The translations under genes and the position numbers were made by a program. Below, piece after piece: positions 27,764-42,749 of a stretch of DNA of 64,000 nt. The notes under the pieces are model-generated. The model had not been told where the DNA came from, made no database searches, and saw only the letters and a list, made by a program, of their open reading frames with translations. Numbering within the stretch: position 1 is the stretch's first letter; each line of letters opens with the position of its first letter. The stretch is from the human T2T-CHM13v2.0 reference genome, Homo sapiens. The stretch lies in assembly GCF_009914755.1 (NCBI RefSeq), contig NC_060930.1; one strand, 5' to 3'.

Positions 27764-29720
27764 CTGAGGAGACAGAAGGGAAGAGTGGTTTGCCACAGGC
27801 ACCTCAGGATGCAGACTTCAGCAACACATGCCCTCACCCCACCCTCTGTGCTGAGCTCCTCACAAGCACGCTGCACATGCCTTTCCTGTCAGCCCTCACA
27901 GTCACTGCCCAGAGAAGGCCTGGGGGGCAGAAACGGGGTAAGTGGACTGAAGGGAGTCCCGAGAAGGAGACCCGGTAAGAGGGATCAGCTGCCGCTGCCT
28001 GTGCAACCCACCGGACTGTGAGCCTCAAGGGCTGAGCCCGTGTCTGCCTGATCAACATCCAGGGCTTGGCACGCAGTCAGTGCTAAGACAGACATGCACC
28101 CTGAAACCCAAAGACGAATCCTGGCCTGTGGGGTGAGGTGAGGGCAAGTCCAGGCTTATCGCCACCTCCACCTCAGCAAGCTTTTCCCCCTTCAGACCCC
28201 AACTCCTCAAATCCTGCTTTGCTGAAGCAAACAGCTCCTAGTGAGGAAAGGTGACTCCCCCACCCTCAGCTTCCTGTGGAGCGGCCATCCCACCAGATCG
28301 ATGGCCTGGGTTCTTGGTCAGAGATTTGCTCAGATGTCTGCTTGAGTGGCTTTGACAGCCCGGCAGCCTCACCTCGGCCTTTAAGCCACATACAGAAAAG
28401 CACTCGAAAAACACTTTAGACAAATCTGTTGACTGCTGTTGTTGCTGATGTAAGCACGGCAGCCTCTGGTCAGACAGCTGCCCACCTAGATGAGAAACCA
28501 CTTAGTGGTGCACTCCTGGCCACCCTTGCTCTGTATGTGACAGCAGCAGCTTACCCACCCACAAGGCCCCCCGAGAAGGGGCAGAACTGCAGGAATGTAC
28601 CACTGTGATTGCAGATGGGGTGGGTCTCTATGGAGCCACTTTAATTTGCTTACATAGAAAGGCCAGTGAAGACTCACCTGCCCAGGTCAAGTGGCCAGTC
28701 TCCCTGCAAGCAGAGGCTCCCATCTGGGATGGGGCACTCCTCACCACACAGAACAGACATGTACCACACACACACACATGCTGAACATGACCCCCTTCCC
28801 ACCCAGGTGATTCTGGCAGACACGTCCCCAGGCCCTCCTAGCCTCCTGGGAGGGAAAGCCACTTCAAGAAGGAATGCCATCCTTCTTGAAGGTGATCCCC
28901 ACTGTGAGAATGTCTGGACACTGCAATTCCCAGCCATCGCTGCTCCCTACCTCTTATCTTGGTTCAGGCAGAACCAGTCAACCCCTCAGGTACCTGGATG
29001 GCCTTCCTCAACAAGTGCTGTGTAGAAGGACCAGGCCTTCCTATGCCTGACCCGACCTGCTGAAAGGTCTATGTATACTAGGCTGTGTAGACCACAGCTA
29101 ACAAAATAGGAGGGTGTATCGGACTGTACACTTCCTAGCAGATCTGAAAAAACTCAGAGGAATGCACCCTTGGCCTGGCCAGGGATCTAATTCCAGCCCT
29201 GTCAGTTCCAGCTGAGTGACTCTGGAGAGCCCAGAGCCTCTCCAGAATTTGTGATCTCTGGGTCTCGATTTCTGTATTGGTAAACGAACATTATACCTGC
29301 CCTGTTCCCTTCACAACTAGGATGCCGTCAGATCAAAGGCCATAACGTTCACAAAAGGGTTTTAAAAAGCAAAAGACGTGACACAAAGGTCAAGAGGTGA
29401 TCACTATTAGCTGGTCTATCTTCTGACTTTCTGAGCCCTAGTTGGGTCACTGCCTCGGAGCAGCCTTAGATAAGCTGGGGTCTGTTTCTAAGGCGCCCAG
29501 GGACAAGCATTCCATTAATTCCTCCCAGGTCTGGGTACTAATCTGGAATCTCGCCTCTTGAGGCCGTTCTCCCCTTAGACAAAGATGACTCCAGGGATAA
29601 TGAGAGGTCCTCTCTCACCCTCCCGGCCTGATGCTGAGAATCCCAGAATCCTTGAGTTTGTCCCAGACCCTGGGCATCAGCAGCACACGGAAAGAAGGAC
29701 AAGTCCTTGTTCCAACCAAC

Positions 29721-29865
29721 CTGGGAACCTGGATTCTGGTCGTTTCCCAGCCCCCCTGGGGTGTCACTCACGCTGTCATCCACCAGGTAGGCATTGATGA
29801 AGTGGGCCAGCAGGTTACAGCCCCACAAGAAAACCACATCGCCCAGGAGGTGAGGGATTAATCCA
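29721..29865 (-). CDS. MTCH1: MTCH1 exon 8 (long form; the short form ends at 29772)
   Basis: [31 protein letters not shown][[17 protein letters not shown]]; donors AGC|gtgagt (29772) and CAG|gttggt (29721), 51 nt apart and in frame. Confidence 0.93.
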
Positions 29866-30880
29866 CTAAAAAACAAGGTAAGCAGAGATGAGCAGGAGAG
29901 GGAGAGGAGCAGTTCCTGGGGGCTCCACACCCAGGAAGCAGGCAGGGATGTTCCGAGCTCAAAATCTTAGCATATCCAATGGCACAGCCTTAGAAAGGAG
30001 GCCTGCAGGGTCCAGCAGCTATGCACACTGGGAAGATAGTGCTCCTTTTCCCATGGGGAGGTGTTCTATGCCGCTTTGGATGCCATAAATTAGCTAATAG
30101 TCTCAAGCAGTTTTCAAACCACAGAAGCCAGGGATCAAGATGTGAATACTGCCAAATTTGGAATTTCCAAATGCAGATAATAAGAGTGCCGACGTGTTGG
30201 TAATTTTCTCCTGGCCTCTTTACCTAACCAACTCTCAGAAGACACACTGCTCAATGCATCTGTTCTCTTTGCCCCTGAAAATATTCTATCAAAAAGATTC
30301 TATGCAAGCATTTACAAGGAGGGCTAACTTTTTAAGTGATGGCCTTTAGGATAAACAGCTCTATAAACTGCTAAGGAAGGTTCCCCAAGATGCAGTGCTG
30401 AGGGCAAAAGGCCAGTTTGAGGTCAGTGAGTCCCATGTGCCTCTTGTGTTTTTTACAATGTGTTTGCTTGTTTAGGTACAGAGTGCCCTGGGAGGCTCGC
30501 CAGGAGAAGGATGGCTGTCTCCTGGGAGGAGAAGCAGAATTTTTGTTTTTGAATTAAAAAAAAAAATCTTATATTTGAAAAACTCAAAAGAATATATGTA
30601 ATACATCTATGAAGAGTATTAATAAAAGGAACCTCTGTGAATGCAATTTCTAATCTTGTCGTCCCTGCCTGTGCTCAGATTGACTTTGTGCTATACCCTT
30701 TGGTGCTTTCTATGCACTGTAACATGTATGAGTATCACCTGTTCCAAAATCACATGGGGAGAAAGAACCCAAAGAGTAGGCATCTGTTGTGCGGGAATCC
30801 TATTCAAACACCAGAAGAGAACTACGCAGTGTGAAAAATGCCAGAGGTGGTCATGTGCAGTGTTTCAAGATGGGTGGCTG

Positions 30881-32200
<1,320 letters not shown>

Positions 32201-32726
32201 GAACCGCTCAGCAGGACAAGATTTTCTGGCTTTTCAAGAGATGCCAGACATGTGGATTTTTGTGCAACATATCTTAAATGTTAACGGCAACAACTAATTT
32301 GTCAGAAAAGCAATGTCAAACAGAATCCACTGGCTGTGGTCAGCCTGTGAGCTTCCAGAGCTCCACCCTCAGTCCAAGTCAGATTTTCAGTCATGTTTTA
32401 GCAGTGAGGCCAAGGACTATGCAGTGACTTAGCTCATGAAGACCAGCCCCACACCCACCACAACTGGATGAGGCCCAGTGGGGCTGGTCAGTTCATCTCC
32501 CCCATGTACTAGACACACAGTTCCACTTTTACATGAGCCATGGCCTGAAAAGGGCTAAGCAGCTTGGACACGCTATGGAGCTCTGGAGAGCTGGCTGCAG
32601 CACTCAGGCTAGGGCAGGGCCATGTAGTGAAGTCCCAGGCCAGCAGCTGCGGTCTGAGAGGTTGAGGACACACCTGTTAGCAGAGCCATGCCCGTGGCCA
32701 GTTATGGGGTGTATAAACTCACGTAC

Positions 32727-32786
32727 ACGAAGAATCCCAGCAGCCCTTCCTCTTTGAAAATCTTCCCAATGGAGCTCAGCACACCA
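32727..32786 (-). CDS. MTCH1: MTCH1 exon 7
   Basis: [20 protein letters not shown]; ttcacag/gtacgt; 60 nt. Confidence 0.93.
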
Positions 32787-34267
32787 CTGTGAAGAAGGCA
32801 AGACAGAGATACAGGGTCATGCAGTCACCTACCAGAAGCCCACCCGTTGGTGTGGGGCTGAGCCCACCAGTTCTGCTCAAATCCAGCCAGTCCTGGCAGG
32901 GATGGGGAGGACTATTACCATGAAGAACCAAGTAGAAAGGCAAAGAGCGCTTGTTCAGGGTGAGGAGGAGTTTACACAGTTCATGGAGACTGGGGAAGCC
33001 CAACCACCCATGGGAGCAGCCCACTAGCAGTCCTCTACTGGTGTTTTCTGGGAGATAGGAGTTTAGGAATGCATCTCCTAACTTGGGCCACTGCTGCAGA
33101 GGCGGCAGGCCCTTCTCTTACCCGGCCCTCACACTTATCTCTGGTTAAACAACCCTCTAGCAGAGGAGCCCACAGGCCCGCCCAAGAGTAAGAGTAGGAG
33201 GGGGTAGTAAGCAAAGAGAAGTACTTTCCCAGAGGGCAGAGAAAGAATACAGGGCCCTGCAGGAGGAGGCACTGGAACCAGCCTAGGAGAAGACATCTGG
33301 CACTCCTCAGCAGGGAGCCGGGGACTCATGCCCTGGCCACTGCACCCTGTTAGAGATGAGAGGACAAGCTGGATGAGAGGACAGGCTGTGGGTTCTTGGG
33401 TGTGAAATGCCAAGGAAGCTCAATAACAACCTACTAACAGAGGGAGCCAGTGGAAGGCAAAGCCCTGGGTAGCCCCGGTCCCAGATCATCCCAGCCCTGC
33501 CAGGCCCGGCCCCACCACTCAGAACAGTGGTGGCCAGATTATACCCTTCTGGTCCCAACTACCAACCTCATAATCAGTCTAGGGGAATGGGCCAATTTCC
33601 CATTAATGACCCCAAAATGAGGCACCATGGCAGCTGAGCTTCCTGGGATGGTGGCCCCGCAGGACAGCTGCAAAAAACACCGACCCCAGGAAATGAGAAT
33701 CTTAAGAGAGGAAGGGCAACCCAGGTGTGTCCTTCACACATGCCTCCAAGACCCACCTCCGTGTCAACACATATGCCCCTGGCACCTGCCCAGGGCTGCA
33801 CGCAGCAGATCTAGGTGAGGGTCTGGTACACAATGGAAGGGATGAGCCCCAAGCCCATGGGGTGGATGGCTTCTTCATAGGGGATAAAAAGAGCTATCAG
33901 CCTATGAGGGCCGGAAAAATCGTTAGAGCATTACTTCGGGAGTCCAAAAGGAGACCCCAGCTCAGTCCTAAGTGGCAGAATCAGCTCTGGGGCCAGAAAT
34001 CCTAATCCAAGCTGACTACAATCCCACTCACCCCTCTGCAAAGGCATCTAGGCTCATCTAGGGCTGCCCTTGATAAGAGATGACGAAGAGAAAATGACCC
34101 TGGACAGACTATTGAAGCCACTGCCACATTCCTCAGAAGCCAGGCAGCAGGCTGAACTCACACAGCACTAGGGCAGAAAAGGTGCAGCAACCAATCCCAG
34201 CACGGCCTGCCCTGGCCGACTCTGAAAGGGTAACAGGGCCACTCTGCCAGTCCCAAGAGTTACCCAC

Positions 34268-34319
34268 CTGTACTTGGCCTCCCGTCCCACAAACTGGACC
34301 ATGCAGCGCATTGAGATGA
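34268..34319 (-). CDS. MTCH1: MTCH1 exon 6
   Basis: ISMRCMVQFVGREAKY; ttcctcag/gtgggt; 52 nt. Confidence 0.94.
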
Positions 34320-34702
34320 CTGAGGAAAAAAAAGAAAACACACACAGGTGATGTGGTGGGCCACACTTCATAATGCTCCAGCCACCGGGTGCCAGGTGCA
34401 GAGTGGCCACTGAACAACGTGGCCTATTCAGAGAGCAGGAGAGGAAGAGGGCCTTTCGGATTCCCTGTTACACCCCATGACCACAGCATGCCATTTCTAC
34501 TGCCTGGGAAGAGCCCCACCTCCCTTTGGAAAGAATTCCAATCTCTCCTCAGTGAGGTGGGTTCCAGTAGAATACCCCCAACCCCACTACCACTTCCCAA
34601 CAGGTCTACGGCTGTCTATGTACAGTCCACGAGGGGGCGCCCCTCACCCCACGCCCCCGACGCCAGCTTAGATACAGTCTCGGGGGAAGGGGGGTGGCTT
34701 AC

Positions 34703-34760
34703 CATGCAGGGGGTGGGCCAACATGCGGGACACACACTGCATCATCATCTCGTAGGAGGT
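34703..34760 (-). CDS. MTCH1: MTCH1 exon 5
   Basis: TSYEMMMQCVSRMLAHPLH; ttccag/gtaagc; 58 nt. Confidence 0.94.
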
Positions 34761-35146
34761 CTGGAAGAGAGCATGGGGTGGGGACTCGCCACCCTCGGCC
34801 TGTCTCTGGAACTGGCCCTCGAGGGGAGCTACAAGTGCTCAGGAGGGAGAAACCTGTCCCAGGGACTGCACATGGGGTCGGTCTGCCAAGGATGGCTCCA
34901 CCTGTTGCCCACTCCCCAGTCCCCCACCCAGGAGTGCTGTCGGGTCCCAGGCTAGGCCCAACAATGGCTGAGAAGGCTTTCCGGGGTTCCCGGCACATCC
35001 AGGCCAGGGCTTCTTCCCTTACCATCCCACCCATGCATACACAAGGACCCAACTCTTCGACTTGTCAATGACCCGCCCAACTTGGGGGTGAGAAATCATC
35101 AGGCTCCCCTCCACGCACCTCTCCCTCTCCAACTCTCAACACCCAC

Positions 35147-35224
35147 CTCCTTCACAACTTTCTTCAGGGAAGTCTTCATATCATCCTTGTTGGAAACCTG
35201 CTCAATCTCATCTGGAGGGAAAAC
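35147..35224 (-). CDS. MTCH1: MTCH1 exon 4
   Basis: [26 protein letters not shown]; tttcag/gtgggt; 78 nt. Confidence 0.95.
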
Positions 35225-35573
35225 CTGAAACAGAGAAGGGAAAGAACCAAGTTCAGCTACGCCTCTTCCATGGAACTCTTCGGGGACTTGGGCGGCAGGA
35301 ACCAGCTCCAAATATTTCCTCTGCAGTGTCTATTGGCTGGGCCCACCTCAGGTAACCTCCAGGTCTGGAGCTTGGGGGGAAAAGAAAGCCACTATCTGGT
35401 GTCACAGCTGTGGGAAAGCAGAACTGTGGGGTGGGAGCTCCCCCATGGGGCTGGAGTGAAGCCCCCAATGGTCTGGGAAGGAGGAGGCAAGACCAGGGTA
35501 ACTGGCTGCTGCAGGGGTGGCTGGGAGTATGAGGAAACCTCGGGCGACTGTTCCTGGCTTTGTGTGGGCTCAC

Positions 35574-35680
35574 CTTCTTCATGCTACCCCGAGTCACAGT
35601 AGAGAGGGCGTTGGACATCAGCCGGGGACTCAGGCCTCGGAACAGCCCTATCTTACCATCCACTTGCACGATGTACTTGG
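35574..35680 (-). CDS. MTCH1: MTCH1 exon 3
   Basis: [35 protein letters not shown] (carrier-type GLFRG motif); ttacag/gtgagc; 107 nt. Confidence 0.95.
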
Positions 35681-38656
35681 CTGTAAGAAAACAGAGGTGG
35701 CAGAGGAGTCACACCCAGTTCAGGGGCACCCACTCCTGGGTCACACACACCCAGACCAGGCTCGGCTTGTCCTTCAGGTAACTGCTGACTACAGGCACAG
35801 AAGGTAACATCTGTCCAGGACCTGGAAGCAGTCAGGCCCTAACCCCCAAATGTCTTCTAGCCCATTTCTTTTAGTAAAAGCCTCAAAATGTATTTCTGAC
35901 AAACAAGTTCATATATTTTCTTCCTTCCTTCCCTCCCTCCCTCCTTTTTTTTTTTTTTTTTTTTTTTGCTTTAAAAACTTTACTTGGCAAACTCAGCCAT
36001 GATTTCTCAACTCAGCAACTTAAATGCTGCAACACAGAAAACAATTCTGTTACTTAAAAATTACATTTTTCTTGAGGAAAAGAAAATAGGAAAAACAGAG
36101 AAACTGCCCGCAGGGAATGATGAAGTCTTCAACCTAAAGGAGGGAAAAAGGAAAAGAAAGGGCTCCCAGAAGACAGGCTCAAGAACGCCCCCTGCACATG
36201 CCACGGCCAGGGCAGTCTCCACCCTGTCACTGTGCTACACCCAGGATACCACCTGGCACCAGATGGCATTGATTAGTCAAGGGAAAAACAAGTCTATGGA
36301 GAAGTAACTAAAACAGGAGCACCAATGAACAATTCCATAGAATAAACTTAAATGTTATGGAAGCTAGACCCTACCTGTGTGAGTTAGTGTTTCTTTCACT
36401 AGGGTCTGTCTTTCTAAGGATACGATTCATTGTTTTCTATCAACATTTTAAACATGTTTTAAATGGCAGGGTGGTATTTTTATAAACCTGTGCATCTGGA
36501 AGCTAGCAGAACATTCTCTCAGACAGCATGCTCCCCCTGTTAGACCATGACTTTAGCTCTCTGGCACCGCGCAGAGGCAGGAAGAAGCAAATATGCCTTT
36601 TGCTCCTCCGCAGATGTCTGCCAGCCCAGCAATTCAATGTCACAGCTAGCATGGGTTTTTCATGAGGCTGAGAACACCTGTTACCTGTATATGTGATTGC
36701 CTGAGATGAGGGTGGGCTGGAAGGAGAGGAGGAGGAGGGGAGGGGATGCTGGGTGACTTGGCAAGGAGCCCTCTTCACAGAGTGAACAGGCAAAAGGAAA
36801 ATTTGCTTTGGGGGAGGGTGGATCCTAGTGAGGAGAGGGAGCCTCAGGACCTCTGTTTGTGATCCTGAGCAAAACATCGACCCTCTTCCATCTGCCCACC
36901 TGTAAAAAAAGAAGGAATAAGGACCGTCATTTCTCTCCATTTCTGAGAGAACTGAGGAACAAGTGAGAGCGGAGGGAGGCGTGCTGAAATGCCTGCAGGG
37001 GCCTCTGTGGGTCCCAGGGCCTCCCTCATTCTGGGTCTTTCTGCAGTGCCAGGAAACCCTCTGGGAAGTTCTTTCTTCTACACCAGAGAATGTCATGACA
37101 GCTGCAGTACTTTCAGCCATGACAAGTAGAGGAGCAGACACTGTCCACACTGTACCAGAGAGCCAAATGGCGGGTCCCCTCTCTGACTCCAGAGTAGGCC
37201 TGGTGTCCAGAGATCCCCAACAGACATCTGCTCACACCTAGATTAAAGCTACATTTATATAAACCAGGCTGGGGGCACACCTGAGAACTCTGCTCATCCT
37301 CAAAAGAGACAGTTAAGATGGGGGTCAAGTTCCCTCTGCTCTAAGTCCTTTTGGGAATGGCTGTGTCACATGAATAGAGATGATCTGGGCTCTAACCTCG
37401 CCTCTCAGAACACAGCACGTGCAACCAGATCCAGAAAAAGCCCCGTGCAGGGCCGCAGCCATCTGCCCCGGCTGCCTTACCTCTCTGTATACTGCCTCAC
37501 TACACAATGGTGGGGTGCCTTCCTACTTCTGTCATTCCCCTCTCCACTACGCTGACAATTTTTAAGTAAAAAACAACACAAACACATTTCCTCACAAGAT
37601 GACACATTCCACCTGGCCCTAGACTCTGCACTCAACAACACAGGGACAAAACTGGAAGAGAAATATGACACCCAATTCTGCCAACAGCATGTGAAATGGA
37701 AAAGGTAAGACAGAGGCCAAGCCCCAAGTTACTCAACAGAAAGATAGATTCTGGAGAATATTCTAGACAACCAAACAGGTAAGAGCAGAGGTGCAGGAAA
37801 CTGGAGGGGATTTGCCTGCAATGGAACTCCAGCTGTGAACACGGAGAAAAAGGGCACATTTAAAGAAGGCCTTCATCATGGTCATCTGGTGAGGGTAGGG
37901 ACTGGGAGAGGGACAGTGAGGGTGAACATGAAAAGGCCCTGGCCAGACGGCACCTGTGGGCCAGGTGATGGGCAGCAGAGGCAGCAAGGTGGGCTTCTTG
38001 ATGACAGTTGGGGAGCTTGCAGGAAGGCCTGGGCAGGAGAAGCTGACCTTACTTTGCAGACAAGGGGTGCAGCCAGGCCACAGCAGGTAAGTGGCCCACC
38101 CAAACTCACGCAGCACACAGAAGTGAAGCTGCAATTCACTGCACACCATTCTGTAACCAACAGATGGAGACACCAGAGTGAGTGAGCACCACTCACTGCC
38201 TGAGGAATGCAGGGGAAACAAGACACCCAGGTGGGATAAAAGAAAAAAACTCAAGAGGACCCCCCGGGCCTCCTGCTGGAGTAGCAGGGCCAGGCTGCTC
38301 ACAGGACAAAAGGAAATCACCCCCACGCATGTTCCAGGCACAACCCGGGGCAGCAGAAATAATAGGGACCAGTGTCCTAGATTGGCTCCTCTCTCAGGCA
38401 CCTGTGTCTGTCCCCTCCTGCTGTCTGGGCTGGCAGCTGGCAGCTACAGGCAGAGGAGCTGGACCAAAGCTGTATGGTTCACCTGCTCGCACCCCGACAC
38501 CATGTCCTCTCTGTACACGCTTAGATCCCCTCCTCCATGCCAGCTCGACTGCGTGCCATGCTGCGCAGTGAGTTCCCCGGGGCCAGCTGGTCCTGCTCCC
38601 CACCTGAGGCCTCTTTTCTGTTGGTGTGGGCTTTCCTGCTTGGGAGGCACACTCAC

Positions 38657-38741
38657 CGTAGGTGAAGAAGCTCGGCAGATAGAGGACCTTCCTCCCCAGC
38701 ACATTGGTCCCAAGGGTGGGGGGCATCGGCTCATGACCCAC
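38657..38741 (-). CDS. MTCH1: MTCH1 exon 2
   Basis: [28 protein letters not shown]; ctgaag/gtgagt; 85 nt. Confidence 0.95.
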
Positions 38742-39441
38742 CTTCAGAATTAACAAAGACAAAGGGACGCTCAGAGTCTCGTGGTGATTCAGCCTCACCA
38801 CCTCTCCTCACACCTCTTGTCCCCTTTGCTTAACTCTTCTCCCACAAATTCTAATGTGGCTCTTGTTCATGTTTTCCCCATCAAAGCATACCAGAAAGCT
38901 CGTCAGTGTCTCTAACCATTGGCAGCACGTAAACTCCCAATCAACAGAAATGCCTGGTCCCAGACACTGTCCAACCACAATCCAAGTCACACCCACACCC
39001 CAACATTCTTACATTCAAATCCCAAATATTCCCAGTAGAGAAACCTCCATTTGTATGTACTGCAAACCCTACTCCCATCTCAGAACAAATCTCAGTTATT
39101 CTCATCTCCAGATGAAAAACTTCATTCCAACCTCAATTCCAAATGTGGCAATAAGAAAATACATCATACCCAAACCTCAGACAGGTCAGCCATTAAGTCA
39201 TCTATTCCAAAGTGCACCCCAAACTCAAATTTCTTACCAAATCTACTGCAGACACCTCCATGTCTATTCCTCCCATTCCCAGGCTTAGCAAACTGTTACC
39301 TCAAATTCCAGCTACTCCTCAAACATATCCTTAGCTGCGTTCTCACCTCAATCACCCTACATCCCTGTGACAAAACGACCCCCTCATTTCTGTAGGGCTA
39401 TGATAGTTCTTGCTGTACAGATGCTTCTTATATCTGAAATA

Positions 39442-39757
<316 letters not shown>

Positions 39758-42749
39758 TGAAATATTTATTAAACCCGCGGGTGGGTGAAGGACCATCCAT
39801 ATCCATGTGAGGAGCAGGAAGTCTCTGTCGAGGGGTGAGAGCCCCTGCTGCCAGGGAGGAGGCAAGGTGTCAAGGAGACCAGCACCTAGGTGGGGAGTGA
39901 GAAGGCTCCTTCCTCCCTTGGCAAGGGGCCAGGATACCAGCCCTGTGCCCTCTAAGCAGGCCAGCTGGGCCCATGGACCAGAGCGATTCCTCTGACATGT
40001 GGGAGAGGATTTGGCCTGCAGCTGTGGGAGGCAGTAGAAGTGGCAAGTTAGAAAGCGCTACCTTGTAAACTGGATTAGGTATGCTTCCAGTGCTTTTTGG
40101 GATCAACCCTGTCCCCTTTTGCCTTTATCAAGCAAGTGCTTTTCAAAGTTCAGGCTATCTCCTATGGATCTGATTCTGAGATGCCTAACAGATTAATGAT
40201 TGTAAATTTAAAAACTCCTCTATGATGGGGACTGTCTTTAAAAGAAAAAAATTTTGACCCAGTGGAGCAAAGGAGGAAAGGGGTGAGTCAGCTGACCCAG
40301 GCAGTGAGTACTTCCCTTCTAGACCTTTTCCCTTCTGGGTTAAAAGCTCCAAGGTTGTTCTGAATTAAGTTTTGTCTTGATCTGTGTTCTCTTAAATACA
40401 GGTGGTATTCCTTTATTCCTCCACTCCAAATCGCCACAACTGCTCTTTTGCTGTCCTTATCCAGTTTAGTCAACACTATTTGGGAGTCCCACTGACCCCA
40501 ATTTCATACTTAAATTTGTAACGTTATCCCATATCCCCATGGCTCCCAAATCTGTTGAATCTATTTTCTTAACTTCTATTGGGTTATCATAGGCACACTG
40601 GCTGTATCTCACCCCCATTCCTCCTGCCTTCAAGTTTTAATTATTTGTTCCCAAGTCATTAAACCCAATTTCAACCTCAAATCTGTTAACCCAGTCCTAA
40701 CTACGGCAAATGCTGTGGCCCTATATCAGATACCAGCAGGGACAGTCTGTCATCTTAAAATCTCCGACTCCCAAACCTGACAGCCACATGCACTAATCTA
40801 AGGCACTGCATTCTTACGCACCTAATCTAGACAATCCCCAAATCTGTCACTCCACTCCTGACACCCCCACTCCCAGTAATTTGCCTTTCTGCAAGTTATT
40901 ACTCTGATTCCCAAACTATACCCATTGAAGATCTTACCCTAATATATGTTACACTCAACACCAGCTGGGTTCAAATCAGACAGGCACCTCTGGTCCTTCA
41001 ACAGGGCTCATCCATCCTTACCTGCCCACCATCTAGTTCTTCTCACGCTTTGGTGTCCTTCATTCCCCCATTCCCTTCCCAAACCACCCTCATTTCAATG
41101 TTCTTTCAAACCAGATCTGCCATCATCCAAATGATGAAGCCACTTCTTCATTTCCCTCACACTGAGCCCTTGTGCTCCAGTATCCTTCACTCCACAGACT
41201 CTCCCACCTGTGCCCTAAAATCCTAGCCCTCACTCAGTCTCATTCCATCAGTTTCCAGAACCCTCACTTCTCAGGTCCCACCAGTTCCAAAGCACCAATT
41301 TATCTCCCAAACTTCAAGTTCAACTGCTGTAAATACAATCTTAACCCTGTAAGACAGCCCTCATTCCCAAATCACAACCAAATGCCAGTCTGGTCTACAC
41401 CTTCCGCCATCAACAATTTTCAAATCTGTCACAATTAGGGTCTAGTCAGGCACCTTGATGCCCCTGACTGAATCTCCTCATTCCTTGTCATATTCCTGGT
41501 CACACCCACAAATCTATTACCATTCCTCAGATCCCAGATTTCAATTACTCTCATTCTCAAGGCCTTCTCATTCCAGTTGTATTTTGCATTCTCTCGGTTC
41601 AATTATAAAGATGGTAAAATCTGACACCCACCTGCCTCAACTCAGATCTTGGATGGGTCTCCAATTCAATTTTTACCTTCCTCCCCCCAAGCTTCTTAAC
41701 TGGAAAATTCTGGCCTAATGACCCCCATCAAAACTGTACCCATCCCAGCCACACCCACCTAATTCTCACACCTCCACACGCCCTTCATTCCAGCTCACTC
41801 CTCAAGCAGCACACTTCATCTGTACCGCATTGCTGGCCACCACCAAATCTGCCAAGTGCCTATGCATCCCTCTGTTCCAGAGACATCCCTACCTCGGTCT
41901 CAATTTCTGGTAGTCCCTACCTATCCTGCCACCTATGTCTCCACTGTCCCTTCTGCCCAATTTCAATACTCCCGTGCCCCTTCTCCTCATCTGCCCAGAT
42001 ACAAGCACTGTGATTCCTCTCTCTGACCCCAACTATGACTTCCATTTCCTCCTCCAAATGCGTCATCCCCCTTCCCCGCTTAAAGCCTCCTCCTAGCTCC
42101 CCTCTCTAGACAAATCGCTGCCACTCCCCTCCCCCAATGCTGGCCCTATCTGTTCCCCTCCCCCCATACGCGTCACCCTGTCCCCTCCTCCTACCAAATC
42201 CGTCGTCGCCATCAAATCCAGAGCCCCCATCTCCGGTAAACCGATAGCATTCCCCTGCAAAAGTCTTTGCCTTCGCACTCTCCCACCAAATTAAATCACA
42301 ATGCAACCCAAGACCTCCGTCTCCTCTGTCCACCCCCAGTCTGGTGTCCTTCTTTCCCTCCTAAATTTCTGGCCCTGGCGCCCACTTTGTCCCCACCCCA
42401 AGACGTTTTAAATCCATCTCTATCAAATCCAGAGCCTCCGTTCCCCTCTACCCCAATTATGTGCTCCTCATTCTCTAAACACTTTGCCTGGGCCCCCAAC
42501 CTTCCTCCCCATCTCTTCACCCAAACTTCTTGCCCCTCCCCCAATTCTATTGCTTCTTCCCTCGCCCCAAATTCGCTCCCTTCCCTATCCCAAGTCCATC
42601 GTCCCCACTCCTTTATCTCCCAAATATGTTTTTCCAGCCCATCGCTCCCTCCTTGGCACTCCCCCAAATCGCTTGTTCCTTCCACCCTCTCCCGTATCTG
42701 TTATTACTCTAACCCCTTGGTCTCCTTTCTGTATCCTAAAACCCGTGAC

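Noticed and set aside
36503-38753. 190-215 aa ORFs in MTCH1 intron 2
   Set aside because: No recognisable domain or exon structure; expected by chance in GC-rich intron.
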